Source of the DNA: Octopus sinensis
Lineage: Eukaryota
Direction: 5' to 3'
DNA: 64,000 nt
NCBI RefSeq assembly: GCF_006345805.1
Contig: NC_043001.1
Coordinates: forward strand, 44,516,001-44,580,000
The stretch's first letter is position 1, and each line of letters begins with the position of its first letter. The position numbers and the translations under genes were made by a program. The notes beneath the pieces were generated by a model, which saw nothing but the letters and a program-made list of their open reading frames with translations, ran no database searches and was not told the DNA's origin. Below, piece after piece: positions 24,441 through 37,714 of the stretch.

Positions 24441-24842
24441 CTCTGTTTGTTTTTCTGTCTTTTACTTAAGATGGTAAAGACTAATATTTCATTTTGAATA
24501 AAATAGTAATTTTTCTCTTTACGAAAAAACAGAATCAAGTGCCCGCGATCCAAAAAATATCTCATAAAAATATAGAGAGAATTTCTATCTTTCACTTCCC
24601 GGCACTCTGAAAGTTGTATAAATGATTAAGGGAAGTAAAAAGAAAGTAAGAAAAAAGGACGGATGGCAGTAGCTGCGATGACTGTTTGAAGTTCGCCGCC
24701 ACAAATCGACATTTTCAACTTTATTTTTTTTAGTTTTTCTTGAAGGGGCAAACGACTATTTTATTTGTAATCTTTATCATATTAATCAAAGGGCAGGAAA
24801 ACAAACTTTGAGTTTTAGTATAATATAGATAGATAGAATATA

Positions 24843-25146
24843 GTCCGGGCTGCGTGTTGTGTTCTTGAGCCCCGGTCCGGGCTGCGTGTTGTGTTCTTGA
24901 GCAAAGCAGTTTATTTTTCACGTTGCTCCAGTTCACTCAGCTGTAGAAATGAGTTGCGACGTCACAGGTGCCAAGCTGTATTGGCCTTTGTCTTTCCCTT
25001 GGATAACACTGGTGGCGTGGAGAGGGGAGGCTGGTATGCATGGGCGACTGCTGGTCTTCCATAAACAACCTCGCCCGGACTTGTGTCTAGGAGGGTAACT
25101 TTCTAGGTGCAATCCCATGGTCATTCATGACCGAAGGGGGTCTTTA
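24843..25146 (+). mobile_element. SINE family D, 5'-truncated, with tandem duplication of its first ~30 bp
   Basis: GTCCGGGCTGCGTGTTGTGTTCTTGAGC occurs twice; tail ends ..GACCGAAGGGGGTCTTTA. Confidence 0.88.
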
Positions 25147-25563
25147 GATAGATAATATACATTTATTAATGTCCATCTTAATGAAACAGTCGTAGAACAC
25201 AATTTATGCATGAACTCAAACTGAAATATATGCTTTTCTGCTTATATTCTAAATATGCTAGTCTTAAAGATTGTTCAGCCGATTATTTTTAGTCAGGCAC
25301 ATCGGTCCCAGTATGATTTACTGCAATGTAGCAACGTGTGAGAGTTTAACGACCTGCTATGAATTGATTTCTTGTTATCGTGAATATATTCTTTGATATT
25401 TATACATCAATTCCCTAAATAAAATAATAAATGCGAATATTAATTTCTGTGTGTCAGTATGTTACACTTTGACCCCCTTCTCTTACTATTCAATGACACT
25501 TCCTCGTGGTGTAGTAAGAATAATAGTAGGCATAGAGACGGTGAGGCGGTGGCGAAGACAGAG

Positions 25564-25595
<32 letters not shown>

Positions 25596-25864
25596 AAGAA
25601 AAACAGAAGGAGAGAAAGAGAGACAAAAAAATTTAGGGAGAGTTGATGATGTTTTATTAAAAGTAGTAGTGTTGATGGTGGCAATGGGAGTAGAGTGAGA
25701 GAGAGTGGGTATGTGAGAGAAATCGGGAGTAGCTGTACAACTTTCCTGGACAGAAATTAATGTGGCCAGCATACTGAACAAACTACTGAACACTATCATT
25801 TTTGTTTTATTTTTTGCTTTCTTTAATAAATATACATGTGTGTGTGTACATATATACATATACA

Positions 25865-26035
25865 TAGTTAATCCAAACAAGAAAACACAGGAAAAAACAC
25901 AGAAAAAACACAGCAACGCGAGGACGTGGAACAATTAAAGTATTATTTGACGCTCAGGAAAGAAGGGAAGGAGGGTTTAACGTTTCGAGCGGAGCTCTTC
26001 GTCGGAAACAAGGAGAAGGAAAGATCCCAAGAAGG
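25865..26035 (-). mobile_element. Short PLE-type terminal element with minimal HHR-like motif (25975-26009)
   Basis: Minus strand: GTTT-CCGACGA-A-GAGC-TCC-GCTC-GAAA-CGTT-AAAC; flanked by TA/TG repeats. Confidence 0.65.
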
Positions 26036-26136
26036 GTGTGTGTGTGTGTATGTGCGCGTGTGTGTGTGTGTATGTGTGTGTGTGTATGTGTATAATACAC
26101 TTTAATTGAAATACAATTTCCCCAAAATTAAACATA

Positions 26137-26506
26137 TCTAATATAATAAATGTGAATGTCCGTGTGTCAGTGTGTCACACTTATTCAACTTTACTCCTAG
26201 AAGCCGTAGCCCAACATATCATATTCAGTTTGTAATCAGGCTGACTCCGTAAGTAAAATTAAAAGCATTCCGGCAGAATCCGGACCTGCAATCCTCAAAT
26301 TTTGGATTCCTATGTTTTCATTATTGCAATTGTTTTCGGTGAGTTTTTTTTTACATGATTTTTAGTGATGAATATGATCATCATTGGGATATGACTCCAG
26401 AGGAAGCAATTGCAACAAATTCTCCAAAACAAGTCAGAGATCTCTTTGCAGATCTTCCCATTCGGGGTCAGTTGCTTAAAAGCTAAATACTAGCTTTAAA
26501 AGCTAG
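26137..26506 (+). mobile_element. Internally deleted Helitron
   Basis: A|TC start (TCTAATATAATAAATG), CTAG|T end, internal peptide EEAIATNSPKQVRDLFA resembling RepHel; a similar 5' end lies at ~25420. Confidence 0.55.
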
Positions 26507-26699
26507 TAGATATGTGTGTGTGCGCGCGAGAGAGAGAGAGGGGTTTCCGTACAGTTTCTGTCTATTAAATTCACTCGGTAGGAATTCGTCACTTCAAGCA
26601 TCATCGTTCTGCACAGTGGGATCGAGCTCGCAATCAACTGGTTACGATGCTATCTTGTTAACGCGGTTACATTTTCAAACTATTTTAATTCTTTATTGT

Positions 26700-27770
26700 C
26701 TTAATTTGAAAATTTTCCTTCTCTTTCCTTTCAATCTTTCCTTTCTTTCTTTCTTCCTTCCTTCCTTTCTTCCTTCCTTTCTTTCCTTCTTTCTTTTTTC
26801 TAATCATTCATTCCTTTCTTTCGTCTTTCCAATTTTTTCTGTCTTTATTTCATTCGTTCCTTCCTTCATTTTTATTTGTCTCTTCGTTCTTCCGTTATGC
26901 TTTTTTGTTCTATTCCTCGTACTTGACCCACCGTTGTTGCGTTGTCGTTGTTTCGCTCAGCCCCGATCAAACTGACCAATGATCAAAAAACAGCTCCAGC
27001 CGTGGCCATTCCGTATTTTTAGGAGTACGTAAGAATGCGGTATGCAATATTTCCTTTACTTAGCAACATCAGGGTGTGATATTAGAGATAATTGACTGCT
27101 AGTTCTTGCATGTCGAGCAACCACTTAATAGTAACTTCATTATGATATTTTTTTCATTCTTCTCCTTTGAGTTTTTTCTCCTTCCTTATACTCGTTCTTT
27201 TTTGTTTTTGCGGGTCACTTTTTTCATTCAAAGTTTCTTTCTTCATTGTTCATTCTTTCAATCCGTCTTTTCTTTCTTCCTTTTTTCTTTCCTTTTTCCA
27301 ATTTCGTTTTTACTCATCCCCTTTCTCTTTTTCCCAGTTTTTCTTTTTCGTTCTTTCTTTCTGTTTTCGTTCAGTTTTTTCTTCATCCCAATCGTTTTTT
27401 CTTTCTTTCTTTTTCCCATTCTTCTATTTTCGTTTTTTTTTCTTTCTCTCCTTCTTTCAATCTACTGTTTCTTTCTCTTTCATTCTTTTATTCTATTTTT
27501 CCCCGCTCTTTCTTTCACTCATTTATTCTTTCTATTTCTTTCTTATATCGTTCTTCCCTCTTTCTCTCCTCTTTTATTCATTCTTTCTCGCTTCCTTTCT
27601 TTTTTCTTTCTTTTCTCCGTCGTTCTTTCTTTTGCTTTCTTTCTCTCTCCCAAAACTCTCCAAAAATCCCGCTTCTCGTTCTTTACCAAATTTCTTCGCA
27701 TTCCTCTGAGCTTTCCTTTCCTAATTCCTCTCACTCTTCCTTCTATTCATCCTCTCACCCTTCCCCTTGT
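26700..27770. repeat. Long pyrimidine-rich (TTTC/TTCT) low-complexity tract
   Basis: Direct inspection; source of the spurious F/S/L ORFs. Confidence 0.9.
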
Positions 27771-28024
27771 TAACGCTTTCGCAACCATGATTAACTTGGT
27801 GTCAGATTAAAATTACAGCGCCACTTACATTTTATGGGGCTGCAACATCACACGTTGTTTACATAGTAACCAATCGAAAATAGTTTCACCATAGCTTAAG
27901 TTGCGCATATTTTGTATTGCTTGGCACCAAGACAATCCTGATTCAGTAAACTTATAACCAAAGACGTTCCAGCAATAACCATCCGGTCTTTTTTTTTTTT
28001 TTTTAATATTCTTTTTTTTTTTTT

Positions 28025-28429
28025 TACTCTTTTTTATTTGTTTCAGTCATTTGACAGTGGCCATGCTGGAGCACTGCCTTTAGTCGAGCAAATCGACCCC
28101 AGGACTTATTCTTTGCAAGCCTAGTACTTATTCTATCAGTCTCTTTTGCTGAACCGCTAAGTTACGTGGACGTAAACACACCAGCATCGGTTGTCAAGCG
28201 ATGTTGGGTGAGGGGGACAAACACAGACACACAAACATATACACATACATACATATATATATACATATATACAACGGGCTTCTTTCAGTTTCCATCTACC
28301 AAATCCACTCACAAGGCTTTGGTCTGCTCGAGGCTATAGCAGAAGACACTTGCCCAAGGTGCCACGCAGTGGGACTGAACCCAGAACCATGTGGTTCGTA
28401 AGCAAGCTACTTACCAAACAGCCACTCCT
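28025..28429 (-). mobile_element. SINE family B, full length
   Basis: Colinear with other family B copies. Confidence 0.92.
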
Positions 28430-28517
28430 CATTCTTTTTGTTTGAAATTATAGGTAAAATTGAGATAGATTCGGTTGTTGTTTCTAGTTTCTGCAGCGAC
28501 CACATTGAAAGCTTACC

Positions 28518-28935
28518 GGATCTCTTCGGTTTGAACGGCAGTTTTTAAAAATAATTTCCACGTAACTAAACACTTTTAAACTTCGTATACTGGTAGAATG
28601 TGTTTATAAAACATCTTTTTCTCTCGGCTTCATTGAGAAAATTCTATAATTTGTAAGATATTTGTTGTTTTTTTTTCTTCAATTTCTGCAATTTCAACCA
28701 ATCAATGACGTCCATTGAGGTGAAAACATTCTGCGCCGTATGAATATGTCCCTCATTTAAGAAACAGATTGGGTTTATTTACATTTATGAAGAAAAAAAG
28801 ATACCCTTCCCCCCACCCCTAACCCTAACCCTAAAACAGATTGAAATGCAATAGATCGATACTAGGGTCATAATTATGGGTGACAGTTTCATATGACACC
28901 GCTAGAAAAAACTGCCGTTCAAACCGAAAAGATCC
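28518..28935. mobile_element. MITE with 29-bp TIRs, 8-bp TSD and internal (CCCTAA)3
   Basis: GGATCTCTTCGGTTTGAACGGCAGTTTTT / AAAAACTGCCGTTCAAACCGAAAAGATCC; TSD AGCTTACC at 28510-28517 and 28936-28943. Confidence 0.92.
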
Positions 28936-28968
28936 AGCTTACCACGTTGTTCGTTTGCGCACGCGTGC

Positions 28969-29048
<80 letters not shown>

Positions 29049-29307
29049 ATGCGCGTATTATGCTTATCAGTCCATGAATGTGAATATCGATATAAACAGA
29101 AAGAGCTATAACGCGACTAGCCATAGCAACAAAACATCAAGTCAAAAAAGATAAGTCTGAAGTCAGTAAGTCGAGACCACAAAGGAGCCACTACATAGTC
29201 GGTAAACCCTCACGAAATAGCAGTCAAATCTCCCTCGAGTCACTGTGACTTGTGTGTGAGACCCGCGGCCTCAGCTATGAGGATGAGAGCATTCATTTAT
29301 ATATGTA

Positions 29308-29348
<41 letters not shown>

Positions 29349-29485
29349 TTGTGTTATAAGAAGTTTGCTTCCCAACCACACGGTTCCAACTCCAGTCCCA
29401 CTGTGCGGCACCTTGCACGAATTTCTTCTACTGTAGTCCCAGGCCAACTTGTGAGTGGATTTGGTTGACAGAAACTAAAAGTGCG

Positions 29486-29535
<50 letters not shown>

Positions 29536-30479
29536 AAGGATTCATACACATTGGTCTAGTGCAAACCTAAAGATTTCGTGTCTGAGAGAAAAGAAAGACG
29601 AAACACATACGGTTAGAAAACACTTCTTCATTTCTGTCATAGCACTAAGTAACTGTTTTAATTGAAAGTTTATGTAGTCTGCAGTCAACACCGCATTTAG
29701 TCTTGGTGAGGTTATTAGCCAAAAGTTCTCAGACAACAAGGCTCACCATCTGATATCAGTGAATTTTTTTCTTTATACCCTGCCACCATTCTTCTTTCTT
29801 CCCCATGGTGATTGACATGTTTCAAAACCAGGAAACCATTTTGATTTTATTAAACATTTCCCTGTCTATCCTCTTTTCAACCCTCACACCATCACCCCCA
29901 GTGTGGGGCTTCTTCTATGAGAAACATTGCCCTGAGTTATAGATATAAACCAGGCAGCCTCGCAAAAACTTAAAGCATATGTGCCTTTTAATTATTTTGA
30001 GACTCCTGCAGATTGTGATGCCGTAACTGTAGCTTGTTTAGCTAATGCTAAATCCAACTCTGAATATCGCAGGGATGTCAAGCATGCAGCTCGCGGTCAT
30101 GTTTTGTCTGGCCTGCAGCTCTATTTTATGAGATAAAACTTATATTTTTAATTATACAATATCATGTACAATATATAATTATTCTCATCTGGGTTAAATT
30201 GCAGCAAAGTGTTCTACAAAAGTGAATGCAAACTGTGACAGAAACCGGAAGTGACGACAATGAAATCATATAATTTCATTATGTTCATATAACATGTAAA
30301 CACTGCATAGAATGTAGATGTAAGCTTTTTCGCGGTTTCACTTTACTACACATGATCGTACAAATTGGTGGCACTCCGTCGATTACGTTGACGAGGGTTC
30401 CAGTTGATCCGATCAACGGAACAGCCATGCCCGTGAAATTAACATGCAAGTAGCTGAGCACTCCACAGATATGTGTTCT

Positions 30480-32080
30480 TCAGCTTTTTCATTTTCCATA
30501 GCCGGGCTATTTCGTACTTAAGCGGGTTGTATTTATCTGTTTTATCGCCTTCTTTCTTGACTATTCATGGATCAAAGAGGCATACAACATCAATTATACA
30601 GCACATGTGGTGCATCTTGTCGACCACCACTAGATCCGGTCGGTTATGCTCTAGCACCTGGTCTGTTTGGATTGGGAGCTATACCCAACAATGCTGTCTT
30701 CTGGATCACTTTGAGCCAGACAGCAGCCCCAATATTCTCAATATATTTTTCAAAGCCCTTGGAAACTGCTCCTAATGCTCCAATTACCACCGGTATCACC
30801 ATTACTTTCCTTATGCCCCATAACTTTCCTATCTCGTCCCGCAGTGACTGGCATTTCTATCTTTTCTGTTTCCTAACATTTCACCTTCGAATCGCCTGGT
30901 ATTGCAAATCTATTATCTTCACTACTTTTTCATCCTTGTGGATGAGCACGATATCTGGTCGTCTCACCTGTATGACTTGGTCGCACAGAATGTTAAAATC
31001 TCAGAGGATTGTGTAATGTTCATTTTCCATTACTCCCTCTGGCTTGTGTTTCATACCATTGTTCGGCTCTCCCGAGGTTTGCTTTACCGCACAACAACCA
31101 GTGGACATATCTGGCCACATTGTCATGTCTCCTTTTGTATTCGTGTTGTGCGAGCTTACAGCACTCACTAACAACATTGCTTATACTTTCTCTCTTCTCA
31201 GAGCACATCCTACACTCTGGCGAGTCAGTGCTTTTATCAATGTGATACTTGGAGTAGTTTGTTTTGAGAGCTTGTTCTTGAGCGCTGCACACTAATGCCT
31301 CAGTGGGCCCTTTTAAGTATCCTTTCTGCAGCCATTGCCTGGTTCTATTCCAATCAATCTCATCTTTATTCTTCAAGAACTGACTGTGCATTTTCTTGTC
31401 CTGCCAAATTTTCCATCTGCTCTCTCTGGTCTTTCTTAAATTGTATTGGATCTACAGCTTCATTCACTTTTTAAGGTTCCCTGCATTTTCACCGCTTCAA
31501 TCATTTCTTCTTTACACCCCTTGATATACCAAGCCAGACTATTCTCCTCTTACCTTACACAACCTTCACAACACACCAATCCCCGTTCTCCTTCTTCCCT
31601 CTTTACATACAATCTTGACACATCAATCTTGAGGTGTAGTTCCTTGCTCATTGTCATTAATTTACGTGTTCTCCGGTCTATTTCTTGTAATTCATTCTTC
31701 TTCCAAGATACTATTCCTGCCCCATATATCATCAAAGCAACTACCCACGTGTTAATTGCTCTAATCTTAAAGCGGCTATTTAGCTTCGAGTGGAGCACAG
31801 GCTGAGTTCTCCTCAAATACTCTTTCCCGTGCATTTCTTTCGTCTTGTGTTCATTCATCTTATCTCTTTCAATGATACCCAGGTACATATATCCTTCCAC
31901 TCCGACTTCCTTTATACTTTCACCACTTTCCAGCTTGATCCCATGACGTTTACTGATTTTCCACCTTTTGGAGAATCATTACACCACATTTCTCGATCCC
32001 AAATTCCATGCCAGTATCTTTGCTAATCATCTGCACAGTTACCGTCAAACTCTCAATTTTTTTCTCAGTCTTAGCGAATA
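30480..32080 (-). mobile_element. R4/Dong-like non-LTR retrotransposon 3' part (RT end, CCHC, restriction-like endonuclease), decayed
   Basis: YMYLGIIE; RLYVKREEGERGL; CRMCSEKRESISNVVSEC..YKRRHDNVA; IL*DFNILCD..RRPDIVLI..IID; VIPVVIGALG. Confidence 0.9.
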
Positions 32081-32730
32081 GTGGCAAGATGGAAAGCTAG
32101 CCGAAGCGTTAGCACGCCGGATAAAATGCATCACTCTTTACATTCTGAGTTCAAATTCTGCCAAGGTCGGCTTTGCAACCATTCCAACACTGGGGTCGAT
32201 GTAATCAACTAGCAACCCTCCACCAAAATTTCAAGCTTTACGCCTATTAGAGAAAGATTTTTTTTTAATTAATAGGGAACTACTCCTTTTCACTTTCAAA
32301 TTAAAACAATAGAATTTCAAATCAAATAAACGAATTTCAAATTAAAAGAAATGAATTTTTAAATTGGTCTCTGATTTAAATTGTATGAAGTCTAATTTAA
32401 ATAAATCAAATGAATTTTTATTTAAAAACAATTGAATATCAATTTAAAATGTATGAGATTCATATTAAAATGATTGATGTAAGGTTAAAAGAAGTACGTT
32501 TATTTTAAGACATAATGTTTTCTTCAAAGTCATGTTTCTAGATTCAATCAAGATTTTGTACAAGAGAAAATAGATTATTGGAAGTAATTTCTTGTATTTT
32601 AGTACATATAATTAGATGATTTAAGCAACAGGAGATAAAACAACGATCAACCGTTCCGAGTGCGTTAGTACACATATACATTTCTCCGTAGATATTGGTA
32701 AATGTTGGACTTTTGCAAGCATCACGTCTC

Positions 32731-33545
32731 CATTTCCTGATTAATGTTGGATCGACCAAAAGAGTGGGGGAATATCACCAAGTGTAACCACCAAGGACAT
32801 TATTATATTTTTAATTATACCCTATTCTGTATAATATATAATTGTTCTCATGCAGCTTAGGGTCCTAAAACAGTGAAAGTAAACTGCGATAGAAACCGGA
32901 AGTGAAGCCAATGAAATCTCATAATTTCATTATATTCATATAACATGTAAACATCGCATAGAACGTACTTGTAGCTTTTTCACGGTCTCATTTTACCACA
33001 TATAATCATACAGATACGATGTTAAAGCATCGCTCATTCTGTATTTTCACTTGAGTTTCTTCTTAACAAGTATCCGCAGTATGTAGATTTTTGCATGTAT
33101 CAAGTCTTCATTTCCTGTTTCATGTTGGATCGACCAAAAGAGTGGGGAAATATCACCAAGTGTAACCACCAAGGACATTATTATATTTTTAATTATACCC
33201 TATTCTGTATAATATATAATTGTTCTCATGCAGCTTAGGATCCTAAAACAGTGAAAGTAAACTGCGATAGAAACCGGAAGTGAAGCCAATGAAATCTCAT
33301 AATTTCATTATATTCATATAACATGTAAACATCGCATAGAACGTACTTGTAGCTTTTTCACGGTCTCATTTTACCACATATAATCATACAGATACGATGT
33401 TAAAGCATCGCTCATTCTGTATTTTCACTTGAGTTTCTTCTTAACAAGTATCCGCAGTATGTAGATTTTTGCATGTATCAAGTCTTCATTTCCTGTTTCA
33501 TGTTGGATCGACCAAAAGAGTGGGGAAATATCGCTAAGCGTAACC
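32731..33545 (+). repeat. Tandem duplication, period 378 bp (~2.15 units)
   Basis: CATTTCCTG..TGTTGGATCGACCAAAAGAGTGGGG starts at 32731, 33109 and 33487; units nearly identical. Confidence 0.95.
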
Positions 33546-33949
33546 ATCGAGGGAACTTCTACAGGGAATTCGTGCTAAATTTGCTGACTTTTTATGTCTC
33601 CAATTTTTTTTTCAGGAACTGCTTAATGTGTTGATGAACAGTAAACAGCGATGGAGAGCATAAAGATTAAATTTGTAGTTGGAAATAAGTTAGCTGACGT
33701 GGAGGACTGGAAGCCATCTGAATATTGGAAAAGAGTTACCTGTATCATGATGATTCGTGCTATCAAAATGCCGGCTTCGTGACTGCTGCTCAATGCTCTG
33801 TGGACACAGTAAATGTCGTAAGACGTGACATGGACAGCTGCCGTGGTCAGCAGGAAGGGACAAAACAGGTGTTTTGACTACATCTGCACGCTGGAGCATC
33901 TTTGAACAGGCTCAATTCAGACGGCTATGTGAAACTGCTGGAGACTGTG

Positions 33950-34420
33950 GTCAAACTCTGGTTGAAGAGGCTTGCTGTTGGAAGACTATGTCTGTGACAG
34001 CAGGATTCGACTCTTTTCCATACCTCCGGAAAGAATCGGAAGTGGCTGTCGGAGGTTTTCTACGAATTCATCAGTCCCAATTCCTGGTTGCCTGGTTCCC
34101 TCGATTATAATCCAACGGATTACTATATGTGGGACGCGGTTGAGAAAGACACCAATCGCTCCACCTGCAACACCAAGACTGACCAGGTGGCCAAGATCAA
34201 GGTGTTCGAAGATCTTCCCAGGGACACAATGAGGAACGCATGCATCAGGTTTCGGAGCGGTTTTGAGGCCGTGGTGAAATCTGAGAGTGACTAGTTTGAG
34301 TAAACTATTATTTTTCCGCCATAGTCTAGTTGATGTTTTTTGACTATTTTTAAAATACTTTTATTTTTGGATGAGATATTGTTTTCTTTCCTTCTATGCA
34401 AACTGTCAAATTTAGCCCAA
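33950..34420 (+). mobile_element. Tc1/maT-like transposase 3' remnant
   Basis: WLPGSLDYNPTDYYMWDAVE..MRNACIRFRSGFEAVVKSE resembles the WPPxSPDLNPxD region. Confidence 0.75.
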
Positions 34421-34826
34421 ACAAGAGCAGTTCTTCAAACTTACCCCAATCTTCAAATCTTCAAAATTATCCTATCAAATCCCTAGATAATCTTGTTAGT
34501 AATTTCAGCACTAAAGATCATATCTTTCTATTTATGAATATATTTCATTTTCAAAATTTTTAATCCTATATATTTTATGTCAGCCTCTGCTTGTTTTAAA
34601 TAAAAGTTACTGTTTTATGATAACGTTCACGCATACTAAATTAATATTCATTTGTTTTAAATTGTTTATATGAAGTTTGTATTATTTAGATTGTTTTATT
34701 TTAGTTGTTTTAAGCTGAAATCCACTATTTTAATTTTAAATTCAGATGAGTTGCTTTAATTTGAGACTGAAAATATGCAGTATGAAAGACAACAGGAATT
34801 CTCAGCGGAAATTATAAAAAAATGTT

Positions 34827-34875
<49 letters not shown>

Positions 34876-35459
34876 ATCTCTCTCACTGCATAATAGCATC
34901 CCAAAATTTCATCCAATTTTAGCCTTTATAATGTTCCTAACATTAAATACGCTTTCACCATCTCGCTATTATTCGATTGGTTGGTTGTTCTTGAGTGGAC
35001 AATGTCTTTTGTTAAAATAATTGATTCCTGTTTGTAACGATTCTGTTTGCTGTTTTGTTAGCTTGTTGCACTGCTTCTTAAGAAATGCGCATGAATGGAA
35101 TCTTGTTGACGATGACTAACGAAATTCGAAATACCGTCTTTACTAATGTTGACATTTCTTGATATAATCTTATTAGGGTGTATCTGTCTGGTGGTCGATA
35201 ACAAAAGTCCTCGTCACATTCTAGGTTCAATTTAATCAGCTACACTCTTTCTCTAACATTTATGGCCTTGGACAGCCAAAGAATAGAAATCTTAGAGGCC
35301 AGTCGAACTGGCTATTCTCCTTTTAATATTGAAAATCTGTAACTCACTTCAGTGCATTCACTAAGAGACAATGTTTCTTTTTGAAGGTTAACATGCAGTT
35401 TAGTGTCGTAAAAAGTGAAAGTAAATTGCGATAGAAACCGCAAGTGACAATCTTTTGTA

Positions 35460-36121
35460 TATTTTACCCGTTTCGATCATTACACTGCGGTCATGCTGGG
35501 GTACCACCTTGAAGGTTTTTAGTCGAACGATCTGACTACAGTACTTTTTTGCTTTAAAACTTGGTATTTATTCTATAATCCCTTTTCGCCGAACCGCTAA
35601 TTAACAAGGATGTAAAATACCAACACCAGTTGTCAAGCGGTGATTGATTACAAACACACACACACATATGAGGGCTTCTTCAGTTTTCGTCTACTAAATC
35701 CACTCACATGGCTTTAGTCGGCCCGAAGCTATAGTAGAACACACTTGTCCAAGGTGTCTCGCAATGGGACTGAATCCGGAACCATGTGGTATCGATGCAA
35801 ACTTCTTACTACACAGCCACGCCTGCACCTATAACAGGAATACAATCTTTTATCGTTTCTTTTACCTTTTACTTGTTTCAGTCATTGGATTGTGGCCATG
35901 CTGGGGTACTACTTTGAAGGGTTTTAATCAGATGAATCAACTCCAGTACTTATTTTTATATACCTGTAATTTATTCTATCTTGCCGAACTGCTAAGTTAC
36001 AGGAATGCAAACAAACCAACACATTGTAAAGAGGTGATGGGGACAAAAGCAAAGACACACATGCATGTATATGCATGCATGTATGTATGTATGTATGTAT
36101 GTATGTATGTATGTATGTATG

Positions 36122-36152
<31 letters not shown>

Positions 36153-36157
36153 GTATG

Positions 36158-36188
<31 letters not shown>

Positions 36189-36237
36189 GTATGTATGTAT
36201 GTATGTATGTATGTATGTATGTATGTATGCATGTATG

Positions 36238-36271
<34 letters not shown>

Positions 36272-36435
36272 TGTTCGACAGGCTTCTTTCAGTTTCTATC
36301 TACCAAATCCACTCACAAGGCTTTGGCCGCCTGAGTGCTATGAGGGAAGATGCTTGCCCAAGGAACCACATATGTGAGACTGAACTCGAAACCATGTGAC
36401 TGGGAAGCAAACTTCTTACCACACAGCCACACCTG
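35460..36435 (-). mobile_element. Two adjacent SINE family B copies (35460-35829, 35865-36435), the second with expanded internal (TATG)n
   Basis: Family B head and tail motifs; (TATG)n at ~36060-36275 sits at the usual internal microsatellite position. Confidence 0.85.
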
Positions 36436-37230
36436 TTATGAAATTCCATTATTTCTGCATCTTTACTTGGCATAAGACGATGCATAGAACGTACATGTAA
36501 CTTTTTCGTGATCTCTGCACCTAGCTTGCCGCATATGATAATGCAAATGCATTGGAAATAAAGTAATCTCGCTCAGCATTTTCTCCTTGGATTCTTCACC
36601 AACAAAATTAAAAGAATGGTTCACAACTTCACAACTATTTATGTGGCCTAAGCTTAATAAAGGAAGTTCATCCATCTGATATCAAATGCACCCTGTGGCT
36701 TTTTATTGGGGATGCATATTAATTGGGCATATTACGTTGCAGCGGTGTATCTCGGCTGCTATTCCAGAAATGGTCATGCTATCATCATCAGAAACTTATT
36801 TTGAGATCGTCACTTTTCGTTCTCAATCATGTTGTTTCTATCTTTCATTGGTTTTGTTCGTCATTTTCTGTATAGAACTTTAACAGTTTGTCCTTCTGTT
36901 TTTCTTCTTTTTTTTTTTTTTGGCAGGTTTTAGATAGTCGTTATTCCAACATAAAATACCTCAGTTTGATACTTCACACTAACACCACTCTCAAGTTTTT
37001 TTGTTCAACAACTTAACTTTCTGTGTCATAAACATAAATGTTTTCTCTTTTTCACGCAGGGTAAGTGAGATCACGTGTCATAACGGTACATAACAGCTGT
37101 ACTTGGTGGAACCTTCCCAGCACATTGTGGAATTTTCCATTTGCAGCGTGTCATATCAGTATTTAAAATCTAAAAAATCACACGGATTTTTGAGGCTTTC
37201 GGTTTGCTGAATTTCGGATACAGGATATTT

Positions 37231-37232
<2 letters not shown>

Positions 37233-37275
<43 letters not shown>

Positions 37276-37683
37276 ACACACACATACAAACATTATACAT
37301 ACATACATATACACACACACACATACATGCATACTTGCATACATGCATACATACATACATACATACATACATACATACATACATACATACATACATACAT
37401 ACATACCTACATACGTACGTACGTACATACATACATACATACATACATACATACATACATACATACATACATACATACATACATACATACGTACGTACAT
37501 ACATACGTACATACATACGTACGTACATACATACATACATACATACATACATACATACATACATACATACATACATACATACATACATACATACATACAT
37601 ACGTACGTACATACATACATACACACATACATACACACACACATACATACATACATACATACATACATACATACATACATACA

Positions 37684-37712
<29 letters not shown>
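37233..37712. repeat. (CA)n(CATA)n microsatellite
   Basis: Direct inspection. Confidence 0.97.

Positions 37713-37714
<2 letters not shown>

Noticed and set aside
28818-28834. Telomere or chromosome-fusion relic
   Set aside because: Only three units, and they sit inside a TSD-bounded MITE.
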